Part shown: positions 24,131 to 35,661 of the stretch, one piece after another
Layout: the number at the start of each line of letters is the position of its first letter
Position numbering within the stretch: position 1 is the stretch's first letter
Source: Gracilinanus agilis
Lineage: Eukaryota
Length of the DNA: 64,000 bases
Reading direction: 5' to 3'
NCBI RefSeq assembly: GCF_016433145.1
Contig: NC_058133.1
Span: forward strand, 192,870,374 to 192,934,373
Notes under the pieces: model-generated
What the model was told of the DNA's origin: nothing
The model's database searches: none
The model's input: the letters and a program-made list of their open reading frames with translations, nothing else
Position numbers and translations under genes: made by a program

Positions 24131-24959
24131 ATTTTTCTATATTAGTCATATGCTTGGTTTCCTTTAAGCTCCAACTAAAATCCCAATAAGTCTACGGGAG
24201 ACCTGCCCCAATCCTTTTTAATTCCTGTGCTTTCCTTCTCTTAATTATTTCATATTCATGCTAAATATAGTTTGCTTTGTATATATTTGTTTGCACTAAA
24301 TTGTAAACCTGAAGGCCGGCACTGTCTTTTACAAAACTCTTTTTGTGTCCCTAGCACTTAGCACAGGGCCTGGAATGTAGTAGATACTTAAAATAAATGT
24401 TTATTGATTGATTAAATGTAATTCTCTTGGAGTCAAGTTTTTTTTTTTTTTTTTTTTAAGACTTTACCTCCCTAGCCTTAACAGATAGGAGACTGTGGGT
24501 AGCATGAGTTAACTACAGGAATATCCCAGTGTTAGGACACAAATGCCAGCAATCTCCTCCTCCCTAAAGGGACACTATAAAGCACAACACCTGAAGGACA
24601 CTTTTTTACCTGTCTTCTCCTCTTTATCTTCACCCATTCTCTACAACCTAAAGAAGACTACAATTGATCTCCCCAAATATATACCAACAATATTTCCATT
24701 GAATTTCAGTTAATAGTTGTGTGATGCTGGGCAGGTCACTTAACCTTGTTGGCCTCAGTTTCCTCATCTGTCAAGTGAGCTGGAGAAGGAAATGACAAAA
24801 TATTCTAGTATCTTTACTAAGAAAATCCCTAAAAGTCAGACACAGCTGAAAATGCCTGAACATCAATAGCAATCCCAAATGACAAATAAAATGCAAATTT
24901 CTATTTTTATAGGGTTAAACGATCATCTATCTAGAATACAGTTCTTCAGAAAGATCTCC

Positions 24960-25090
24960 TTTCCTCTCTTCCTTTCTTCTCCTTCCTTTTCTTCCTCCTT
25001 CCTTCCTTTCATCTCCTTTTCTCCCTTTCCTTCTTTCCTGACTTCCTTGCTTCCTTGTTTTCCTCCTTCTCTCCCTCCTTTCCTTCCCCA
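24960..25090. repeat. CT-rich low-complexity tract
   Basis: (CCTT)/(TC)-rich run. Confidence 0.8.
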
Positions 25091-25241
25091 AAGATGCCCC
25101 CATATCAGTGGTTCTCAAGGTCAGGAATCTCAAAACCAACAGAAAGATTCTTTGTGACAGAATGATACCCTTCCTTTAACTGTGAGTGGTGACAGTCAAA
25201 GAGGGACACTATGATCTCCTAGGAGTGGGAACTCCCTAGGC

Positions 25242-25449
25242 TAGTGATGGGCAAACTACTGCCCGAGGGCCAGATGTGGCCCCCTGAAATGTTCTATCCC
25301 CTCCCCCACTGCAACATTATTCCTAATCTGACGAATACAATGAGTAGGATATAATACAATGAAACTTCAAAAGAGTCACCTTAGAGACAGACTGACCATG
25401 AGCATTTTCTTTCCTTTGGCCCCCTCTTTAAAAAGTTTGCCTATCACTG
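25242..25449. mobile_element. hAT MITE
   Basis: TIRs tagtgatgggcaaact ... agtttgcctatcactg; degenerate 8-bp flanks ccctaggc/gcagaggc. Confidence 0.75.
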
Positions 25450-25869
25450 GCAGAGGCCATTCCCACTTAATTGAGTCCTATTTCATTCCAGTTTTTTGTT
25501 CCTTTTCTCTGAACCTGTTTGCTGCTAATATACTTAATGTGTGCTCAATTTATATTCACTTCTAGGTATGATAATGGTTCAAGTTAGTGCCTTGGAGCTA
25601 TTCCTTGTTTCTTCTTTCTCTGTATCCCTTTTATAATTTCTGTGATAGTCCCAGGAGCTTTTTTTTTCCCTCCCCAGATATCTTTGAGATCCATTTGACC
25701 CGGGTGCTACTGGATGAATGCCTCTGATGGAGCCACCACCCCTATTCCATTCTCCACCCCTATTCCCACTTCCTTAAATGGAATGTAGCCATGCTAGAAA
25801 CATCTGATCCCGTGCTATAATTAGTAAAGAATCAACAACCAATTCCTGATGTCTCCCTGGCTGTGTCTT

Positions 25870-27410
25870 GACAGGCAATCAATCAATCAGATGTGCTGCA
25901 TGATACTCTTCCTCCCTTAAAAATAAATCCTCGGCCCTTCCTTCCCTGGGTTGATGAATTGCCCTAGTGTGGATGGAACTCGTATGCCCCATATCAAAAA
26001 CAGCAGTGAGGAGAGCTTGGCCTGATTTGGTTGTGCAGGTCTGCAGCAAGGCCTCAACCCAAAACAAGCCAAAAATTAGGCCCTGTCCCCAATAATGGCT
26101 AGCAGTGAAGCCTCAATCCAGCACAAGGTGTCAGCAAGGCTCTGCCCTAACAACAGCAAGGTCTCCACTGGGAACAAGGTACCCACAAGGCCCTGCCACC
26201 AGTAAATTTTAGTAGAGAGTGGAAGTTAGCAATTGAAGCCTTCTATTGTGTAAGCTAGCAGCTAGGTCTCAAGATCTGGTCCAAGGTAGCAGCAATATCC
26301 TGAGACTCCAAACAAAAAGCTTGGGACAGTGCCTTTTCCCACAAAGGATCAGATACAATGAAAAGCTACAAAAGAAACTGGAAAAATTATCAACAACTCC
26401 ACCCCCCCCCAAAAAAAGAGAACAGGTAGGAATAAGCCACAAAGTCAGAAGAATGTCAAAACAGCTACATGTAAATTGATGCCATGCCCAAAGAGAACTC
26501 TTGGAAGAGTTAAGAAAGGACTTTAAAAACCAAACAAGAGTGTTAGAAAAACAATTATAAAAAGAAATGAGAATAATGCAAGAAAATAATGAAATAAGAA
26601 TTAATAGCTTGGTAAAAGAAGAACAAAAAATGGGAAAAGATATACTAATATTCACTGAATAAAATAATTTCTTAAAAAGTAGAACTGGCCAAATGGAAAA
26701 GGAGGTACAAAAGCTCACTGAAGAAAATAATTCCACAAAAATTAAAATTGGGCAAATGAAAACTACAAGATTCTACAAGACATTAAGAAACAAACAAAAT
26801 TAAAATAATGAAAACAAGATGAAATTTCTCATTGAAAAAATACCTGAGGGGCAGGCAGCTAGGTGGTTCATGGATTGAGAGCCAGGCCCAGAGATGGGAG
26901 GTTTGGGGTTCAAATTTGGCCTTTTTAGCTGTGTGATCCTGGGCAAATCACCTAACCCTCATTGCCTAGCCCTTACCACTCTTCTGCCTTGGAACCAATA
27001 TACAGTATTGATTCTAAGATGGAAGGTAAGGGTTTAAAAAAAAAAGAAAAAAGAAAAGAAAAAACATCTGGCCTGGAAAGTAGATCAAGGAGAAATAATT
27101 TAAGAATTATTGGACTGTCTGAAGGCCATCATCAAAAAAAAGAACTTGGACATTATATTTCAAGAAATATATTTTTCAAGGAAATTTCAAGGAAAACTGC
27201 CCTGTTATCCTAGAATCAGAGAGTATTGAAATTGAAAGTATCCACCAGTTAACAACAGGAAGAGATTCCAAAATGAAAACTCCTGGGAATATTATAGCTA
27301 AATTCAAAAGTTCCCAGGCTAAGGAGAAAATACTACAAGCAGCCATAAGGAAACATTCAAATATTGAGGAGTCAAGATCTGGGTTACACAGAATTTAGCA
27401 GCTTCTGCAT
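25870..27410 (+). mobile_element. Degraded L1 5' UTR/ORF1, with a SINE inserted at about 26847-27055
   Basis: Translation SRRNNLRIIGL is the ORF1 RRM entry motif; many stops and frameshifts. Confidence 0.8.
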
Positions 27411-28589
27411 TAAAGTCCATTAGATCTCCCATATATGACAGTACTGCAATTAATTGGTTTTGTGTAATAAAAACTTATGCTAATTTATTTAGGAAAAATT
27501 CAGTGGAGAAAAGATTAAGTTTGTAGACAACATTAAAAACTAGAAGAACTGAGCAAGTGGAAGAGATTATAACAATATATCACAAGGATACTTCACTCTG
27601 ATTAGGTAGGATTTATATTAGTCAACATTAGTAAACATAAAGGGTGATACCATAAACAAATTAGGTGAGTATGAAATTGTTTACCTGTTGGATCTATGTA
27701 TAAGGGAAGAATTTAGAATCAATCAACAGGTAGATAGTATTATGAGGTAAAATGAATAATTTTGATTATATTAAATTAAAAACAAAACTAATGCAACAAA
27801 GATTAGAAAGAAAGCAGAAAGCTGGGAAAAAATTTTTACAACAAATATCCCTGATAAAGGTCTCTTTTCTCAAATATAGAGAGCTACATCAAATTCATAA
27901 GAGTACAAGTCATTCCCCAATTGATAAATGGTCAAAGGATATGAACAGGTAGTTTACAGATCAAAAAAATAATTTAAGAAATCAAAGTCATCTATAGTCA
28001 TATGAAAAAATGCTCTAAATCACTCACTCTTGATTAGAGAAATGCAAATTAAAACAACTGTGAGGTATCACCTCATACCTATCAGATAGGTTAATATGAC
28101 AGAAAAGGAAAATGATAAATGTTGGAGGGGATGTAGGAAAATTGGGACACTAATACACTGTTTGAGGAATCGTAATTCTGAGTTCTGAGGAGCAATTTGG
28201 AACGACAGTGGTACCTTGACACACAAGTTTAGTTAATTTTATGGCCAAGCTTATAACTCAGTTTGCTCATGTGTCANNNNNNNNNNNNNNNNNNNNNNNN
28301 NNNNNNNNNNNNNNNNNNNNNNNNNNNNNNNNNNNNNNNNNNNNNNNNNNNNNNNNNNNNNNNNNNNNNNNNNNNNNNNNNNNNNNNNNNNNNNNNNNNN
28401 NNNNNNNNNNNNNNNNNNNNNNNNNNNNNNNNNNNNNNNNCTTACTTTATTGATCTACAGATAAAAAGTTATTGAGCAAAGATTAGTAACTGCTTAGATC
28501 TCCAGCTCTACTGCTTGACAGTCTTGCAGCCTGATGGGTCTGTAGAAGCCATGCCAATTTTAGCTGCTACACATTATTTACACTGTTTA

Positions 28590-29160
28590 ACTTTGACCAC
28601 ATCTCGAGATCTATCTATCATCTCCAGATAATCTGATAAAGACAGCTTAGTTGATAAGGAAGTAACAGATACCGAAGATCTTTTAGCTCATGCTTCCAGC
28701 TCTCTCCAGGAGCATGAAGTTTATTATATATACTTCAAGACTCATTTCACTCAAAAGAACCCTCCCCCCAAATTTAGCATTTGCATAGAAGCACAAATTA
28801 TGTCATATCAAAGCACAATAAAGTTATAGTTTTACAAATAATTTTCTTATGAAGATAATGCCGGATGAGAAAAAAGTCTCAAGGCTAAAAATGAGCCTCA
28901 CTCTATCTAAAAGTTATTTTGCCTGAACTTGCAACTCCATGACCTTGGAATGCCTGGAGCAGTTAGAGAGATATACCTACAGCTGCAGCTTTACTCTGCT
29001 GAGTGAAAAAAGGCTGTTAACTCATTAAGTGCTGGCTTACTAAGAACTTAAAGTTTTCCTAGAGGTTATAATGTTTTTCAATAAGAAAAGGTATGGATCA
29101 TAAAAGACGTCAAAAGAGGAGCCAGATTTTCATCCGAGACTCTGTTTCTCTCATTCGCCT
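28590..29160 (-). mobile_element. LTR-like repeat, copy 1 (related to 31180-31700 and partly to 34333-35207)
   Basis: Shared blocks tcgagatctat...gaagatcttttagctcatgcttccagctct and ggatca..gtcaaaagagg..cagatttt. Confidence 0.6.
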
Positions 29161-29565
29161 CCCACAACCACAGGTTTAAGAAATCAAGACATTATTTTAG
29201 TTTAGCTTGCAAATGCATGGCTGATGACTGAATCTAGTTTCTTTTATATTCTGTATTTTTTCTTTAGTTCTTCCACTTTTTGAATATAAGCTTTTATGGC
29301 ATCTTCTTTGGATATCCCTTTCAAAGAGTTCCAAGCATCCCATTTTGCTTTGCCTTTGAAGTCCGTCCTGCCAGGGCGGTCTGTATTTACATCTCCAACT
29401 GTTGCTTGTTTGTAGTGGGAATAGATGAACAATATCTCATCATCATTTGGTTTAGTCTTTAGGACTTTGACTTCTTGAGGCAGCTTTTTTTCTGAGACAT
29501 GCTGCAGACTAGTGTGATGGAGAGGACCGACTGAGATGTTGCAGCGAGCAAGCGTGCTCTAAGCC
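29160..29565 (-). pseudogene. DBI: Processed pseudogene of diazepam-binding inhibitor / acyl-CoA-binding protein
   Basis: Intronless; [61 protein letters not shown] (stop 29244). ATG at 29500 followed by a frameshifting deletion; short 5' UTR and partial 3' UTR; no own poly(A). Confidence 0.93.
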
Positions 29566-29965
29566 AGTACAAGTTGGACTACTGAATTTCCCATTTAAAT
29601 GAATGGAAATGCAATTAATCTGTTCCATTTTTTGGGTTTAAAAATGTATGAAGCAACAAGGTATTTGACTGATGCTGCTGGGATTTGAAAATGACTTTTT
29701 TTTTAAAGAAGAAAATATAACTTGCCCCTCTACGGGAAGCTGTGTGCCAAAGAACCAGTGTTATAACCCTTCTTTTTCCTCTTCCCCCTCCTGCTGAGCT
29801 GATATTGTGTTATTGCGTATCCCAGTTCTGTGTGGGTTTTTGTGAATCTGTGTGTGAAGTCTCTACTGCACTCTCCTGCAGATATGTGTAGTAAGCTGTG
29901 GTGTAATTTTTTTTTTTGGCATATAATAAACATGTTCAGCAGTAAAAAACAAACAAACAAAAAAA
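29566..29965 (+). pseudogene. Probable retroposed 3' UTR fragment of an unidentified mRNA
   Basis: 3' UTR-like composition, AATAAA at 29925-29930, A-rich tail at 29944-29965. Confidence 0.5.
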
Positions 29966-30176
29966 CCCAAACCCCTCCGTAGGCTGCTATCTAGTGGAGG
30001 ATGATGGAAGTTCACAAAATATCTCCTCTTGACTTAAAGCAAACACTCCCCATCCTGACTGATCATTTCTTAAATTACTCATGACTTAAGATGCTTGTGT
30101 ATCAAGGTACCACTGTATAACCAAAGGACTTTAAAACTGTGCATAATGTTTCATCTAGCAATAATTTTATTACTAC

Positions 30177-30685
30177 TATAAGAGTAAAAAATATGAGACT
30201 GGCTGTAAATTAAAATTTTATTAAATCAAAAGCAATAGGGGAAAAAGATGGAAAAATAGGAGAAAGATATATAGGTTACCTTCCTTATTACTTCATTTAG
30301 CTTGCTATTCTATGGCTGCCATGAGGTCCCCTACCCACACTCACAGGAGAGACCAGTCAGCTCCAAACATGGAAGCAGAGAGAACAACATTTACTCTTGC
30401 CTCAGTTTATCAAACTTCTCTGCCCACTAACTCTCACACAGCATGTCTCAGGAGCCAGCTATAGTTTTCTATTTTGCCTGGGTGGCCCAGTGGGGCAATC
30501 CATGGGGAAGTGCAGGGGACTAAGCCCTGCCCCTTGTCTCATGATCTCTTGACTGCCTTTTTCCAGTTGCTATTCTACCCTCTTGACTCAATTCATTCAA
30601 TGATTTCCTGGTCTCTGGGTGAACAGGAGATGAGGCCAAGTGTGTGAGCCCAGGAGAGGGAGGAAGAGAAAAAATTTCCTTCACA
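30177..30685. mobile_element. Probable solo LTR inserted in L1
   Basis: Interrupts otherwise contiguous L1 text; ends ...ttcaca; TSD ambiguous. Confidence 0.5.
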
Positions 30686-30965
30686 TACTAGGTCTATATT
30701 CCAAAGAGACTTAAAAAAAAAAGAGAAAAGGAGCCATTTGTACAAAGATGTTTATTGCAGCTCTTTTTGTGGCAGCAAAGAATTGGAAATTGAGTTTGGC
30801 AGTCAATTGGGGGATGGCTGAACAGGTGACATCTGGTTAATACTAATATCTTATAAGAAATGATGAGCAGGATGATTTTGGAAAAAACTGAAAAGACTTA
30901 CATAAACTGATGCAAAGCGAATTAGCAGAACCAGAAAAAACATTGTATGCAGCGACAGCAATATA

Positions 30966-31149
30966 TATATTTTTAAACCCTTAACTTCTATGGATTGGCT
31001 CCTAGGTGGAAGAGTGGTAAGGGTGGGCAATGGGGATCAAGTGACTTACCCAGGGTCACACAGCTGGGAAGTGTCTGAGGTCGAATTTGAACCTAGGACC
31101 TCCTGTCTCTAGGCCTGACTCTTAATCCACTGAGCTACCCAGCTGCCCC
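30966..31149 (-). mobile_element. SINE1_Mdo-like SINE
   Basis: Full-length; TSD gcgacagcaatat / gcaacagcaatat. Confidence 0.9.
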
Positions 31150-31179
31150 TGTAGCAACAGCAATATTTTTTGATGAACA

Positions 31180-31700
31180 ACTCTCGAGATCTATTTATAG
31201 TCTCTGATAATCATATAAGGACAGTTTAGTAGATAAGGAAATAACGGACACTGAAGATCTTTTAGCTCATGCTTCCAGCTCTATCTACAGGAGCATGGAG
31301 TTTATTATATATATTTCAAGACTCATTTCACACAAAAGAATCTCCCCCCCCAGAAACTTTGCAGATGCATAGAAGTTATAAATTTTGTCATATCAAAACA
31401 CAAAAGGTCTCATTGGCTTTAGAACAGACCAAGGCCAAGGCTGAATTTTGACTGAGTTCTTATCAGAAAGCCAAGTCGGGGAATATTTTTCTCAGGGTTG
31501 AATTGCCCCTGCTAAGGTTTTGGCCTTGGCGATACCAGGCAACTGCATTCCTGGCCAAAGGAGGAGAGTGTTAACCTTTTAAATGCTGACCCACTAGGAA
31601 CCTAAAACTCTTCAATAAGGCCACAATACTTTTCAACAAGAAATCACAAGGATCACAAAAGGGGTCAAAAGAGGTGTCTCAGATTTTTATCTGTTCTCTT
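31180..31700 (-). mobile_element. LTR-like repeat, copy 2
   Basis: Aligns to 28590-29160 at roughly 75-80% by eye. Confidence 0.6.
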
Positions 31701-32020
31701 ATTGGCTTCCCACAAACAACTATGATCTAGCTATTTGCAGTGATTCAAGACAATTGCAGAGACTCATGATGAAAAATGCTGTCTGCCCTCTGAGAAAAAA
31801 TTCATGGAGTCTGAATATAGACTGAAATAAACAATATTTCACTTTCTTTTTTTCTCATTTGAGATCTTTTCCACAAAATGACTAATATATAAAATCTATA
31901 ACAGATTGCTAATTTGTCTTGGGGAAGGGAGAAAGAAAGGAGGATGTGGCCTGAAATATCGCACAAACCTTGCCAAGTAGCTATAAATGATCAAAAGAAA
32001 AATAATTAGTTGATTAGTAT

Positions 32021-32632
32021 TGTACCACCTTTCAGATAAGGCATATGGATGCTTAGATTTACATTTATGAGAAAACCCCTCATATCAATCTTTAGACAAA
32101 ACCTAGATCCTTGGCCAGGGGTCTCTGAATAGCAAACACAGGTGGTTCAGATTCCCAGTTACACAGGACAAGGTTCAAACAATGCTCAATTCCCACAATC
32201 ACTGCCTTCCTTAGAGACTGCAGAAAAGAGCAAAATTTGATAGAAAGTTGCCCTGGGGTGTTTAACATATCACTAGCATTTCATTTATATTGCAGTTTGC
32301 AACCCAAGTAGACAGAGTGAATCATGTGTAAAGCCTCATAGACCAAAGTGGACCATGGGCAAAGTGACATCGGTTCCTTGGAAATGACAGGGCAACAACC
32401 ACCAAAACAAATGACCCCTTCCTTAGTCATTAATCAAGATGAAAAAGCATTCCTGAAAACCCCTTGTCTCACCTTTACTTACCTTACCTTACTATACTAG
32501 CTAGTTGGCTGTGTATGGCCACTCTATTACTTTATTCTCTTATAATAAAGCTTGTTTCCTTGCAATGGAGTCAGTCTGACCTGTCAATCAATTATTTGGA
32601 TGAGACCCTAATCAACCTAATAAGCCACATCA
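32021..32632 (+). mobile_element. Probable 5' LTR of the class I ERV
   Basis: Begins TGTACC, AATAAA near 32545, ends ...ccacatCA; followed by a PBS-like tggtgccc at 32637 and a leader running to gag. Confidence 0.65.
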
Positions 32633-33553
32633 TTTCTGGTGCCCACAGAAAACAGAATTGTTTTCAGCTTGACTTAGACCATCCTGAAGTAAGCTTGCTC
32701 CAGCCCTCCTCTGCTTACTCCTTGCCGTGGAATTTAATATAAATTATTATTCCATTTGAAAATCTATCTTCGATTAGTACCAGTATGTTTGACTGCCTGT
32801 TGTGCTGGAAAGGGGCTGGCAGAAGTCCCTGTGCGCACTGGTGGCATGGTAAAAAGTGAGGATGGTCCCAAACTTAAGCCTGTTGAACCAGAGAGTCCCA
32901 GGAGGAGTGGTGAAAACTTGCTTTATAAGAGAAGGGACACAAGAAGCTTGTTCTCTCTTGCTGGACACTTGTTGCTTTCTCTCTCTTCTCTGGAGCGTTT
33001 AACACTTGGTGTGCATTGGCTTATCTCACAGCCAGCCACTTGTAGAAGGATCTGATGAAGCTCCTGTAAAGTGGCAAAGAATTAGGGAGGCCAGATGATC
33101 ATGTGATCATGTGACATTCTTCTCGCCCCCATCTCTGACTCTGTCCTGACATTTTCCTTTCGTCTTTGAGTACTCAAGCTTAGTTGGGACACTGAATTAG
33201 GTCTTCATGGCCAGCGAGTCAAAGCTCCATTGGAACTCTGGGTTTGGGGTCACAATGAGACTCCCCCAAGCTGCTGGGCCTGGGGCCAGGGCAGATTGCT
33301 TCTGTGCCCATTTTAAGACCAGGCAGAACTCATTCTGCTGCTGCACCTAGATTTTTTTCTTCTTCCCTTCCCCTATTTCTTGTTTTTGGGGCTTTGGCAA
33401 ACAGCCACTGCACTCATCTCCCTGTCCTCTATAGGACAGACTTCTCTAATCTCATGGAATTCCCCGCTTGGCTATTTCCTTTCCATCTGGAAAAAGTTGG
33501 ATCTGCAAAACCCAAGAAATGCCTTATAGTTTACTGCAATAATGAATGGCCAC

Positions 33554-33750
33554 AGGGGGCAGCTGGATAGCTCAGTGGATTGAGAGTCAGGTCTAGAGAC
33601 AGGAGGTCCTAGGTTCAAATCTGGCCTCAGACACTTCCCAGCTGTGTGACCCTGGGCAAGTCACTTGACCCCCATTGCCTACCCTTACCACTCTTCCACC
33701 TATGAGCCAATACACAGAAGTTAAGGGTTTAAAAAAACAAACAAACAAAA
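33554..33750 (+). mobile_element. SINE1_Mdo-like SINE inserted in ERV gag
   Basis: Perfect 16-bp TSD aataatgaatggccac (33538-33553, 33751-33766). Confidence 0.93.
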
Positions 33751-34332
33751 AATAATGAATGGCCACACTATCTCCTAGAATGCGGAGAAGTATGGCCAGT
33801 AAACGGGACCCTAAATTATAACATTGTCCTGTAATGGGATCTGTTTTGCAAGAGGGAGGGGAAATGGACAGAAATCCCTTAAAGTTTAACCTCCATGGCA
33901 CTAGCACAGGACTCAAAAGTCAGAGAACAATGCAGGATGTACTTTGCCAGGATGGGTTTCTTCCCAGATGATGCTCACTTCTCCCCCATTTCCTGGATGA
34001 CTCCTTCCTGAGCCCTCCAGGAAAATCTCCCCTGCTAGCCATTGCCCTGCCTTCCACCTTGCGGGCAGTATCCAGCCCATTTCCTCCCCCTTATAGCACT
34101 CCTTCTGATCAATCTTTCCCCTCTCTCCTCCCTGCTCTCTACCTACCACTCCTACCACTCCCACCATTGCTATTACCCTGCGCTTGCCATATACAGAGCA
34201 GCACCCACTATGCAGCCCTGTCTAGGGACCCCCAAACCCTTTGTCCCCTCAGAACGATGGCACTGGGAGAAGGAATGGTGGATGTTCATGTCCCCTTCTC
34301 CATGTCAGACCTCTCCCAGATCGAGGATAAAC

Positions 34333-35207
34333 TGTGGAGAGCCATTGGATGTAGAAATGCCATTGGAGAAATAGGATCAAATTTAGGGCCTATTATCTGG
34401 ATTCCCTACGTGACCAATCCAGACTGAGGCAGTCTTTGTGTTTGGTCCTCGTCACCTGAGCCCAAAAAGCTCTGGTACCAGCAGGTAGGTTAATCCAAAA
34501 TCAATTTGATCCCTCCAAGAGGCTATTAGGAGTCATTTAGAGAAACAGAGTCTGTAACAGATATTTTATCTGGATCCCATTACAAAATCATCGGCAAGTA
34601 AAACTGTGTGTATGATTTTTCTGCACTGCATGTCAGGTCAGACAGAATGGGCCATCTAAGATAAAAATCTGAGGCTCCTCTTTTGACTCAGTCTTTGATC
34701 CCCACCTTTCTTAGAATTCTTATTGGAGAACTTTGAAGTGGTAGACCAGCATCTACTGAGTTAATGATTCCTTTCCTTGATAATTGAGAAGCCTGAATCC
34801 TAACAAATGTTACTTAGATAAGATTGCATATTTAGATTAGAACTGGCTCCTTTAGTCTGGACTTCATTTGGGCAAATGCAGGATTTGACTGGTGAGCATC
34901 TCCATGGGGTATTTTCTCTCCCAGAATTATCCCCTACTAAGTTGGTGGTTGAAATTTGACCATTTGTCTTTGTACCTTTATTCTTTAGACTTCAATGGGT
35001 TATGTGTGATTTATTACCCCCTTACAACTGTGGCTCTTTTTGTGTTCCTTGCTTGAAATCAGTATATAATAAACTTCCAAGCCCACAGAATTCGGAACAG
35101 CATGGGCTAACCACTAGTCAAGTTGTTCTCATTTTCTTTCTCCTGCCTTAACCATCCTATGCCACCGACGTGGACCACAAAACCATATAGGGGGCTGGCC
35201 CCCTATA
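34333..35207 (+). mobile_element. Solo LTR inserted in ERV gag
   Basis: TG...TA (probably a mutated CA), 6-bp TSD ataaac; splits SDLSQIEDKL from ESF. Confidence 0.85.
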
Positions 35208-35661
35208 ATAAACTTGAAAGTTTTCCAAGAATCTCACCAAATTCATAGAGTGGTTCAAATTGGTGACCTTGCAGATTGACCTGGCCTGGGCAGATTTATA
35301 CCACATTATTTCCTCATTTTCTCCTGCTGTACCATAGATGAAAAGTGGAGGATTTGGGATCTAGCCCAGGTGGTGAGGATGACATAGCTGAAACTAATGC
35401 AGAAGACAGATTTTCTATGGGGGCTGCTATAGTTCCCGTTGCTGACCCTTGTTGGGATTATCAATCAGCACGAGACTGAGAGAAAGGAGGCTATGTGATA
35501 AGGTGCCTGACTTAAGGCATGAAACAAGGAGTGAAGAAGCAGGTTAATTACAAGAAACTTAAGGATATAACGCAGGGCAGGGAAGAAAATCCAGCCTTGT
35601 AGAAGTCATGAAAAATTATACTAATATTGAACCTAAAATCCCAGAAGGAATGACAGTTCTT

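Larger units (their letters stand above)
28206..30115. mobile_element. Tc1/mariner (Tigger/pogo-like) TIR-bounded element with internal insertions
   Basis: Left cagtggtaccttgacacacaag (28206-28227) and right cttgtgtatcaaggtaccactg (30094-30115) are inverted repeats matching at 21/22. TA follows the right end; the left flank reads GA. Confidence 0.75.
27740..31180 (+). mobile_element. L1 ORF2 C-terminus/3' UTR broken into pieces (27740-28205, 30116-30176, 30686-30965) by later insertions
   Basis: L1 text gagcaatttggaac resumes as tataaccaaaggactttaaaactgtgcata at 30116 and as tactaggtctatattccaaagag at 30686. Confidence 0.75.
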
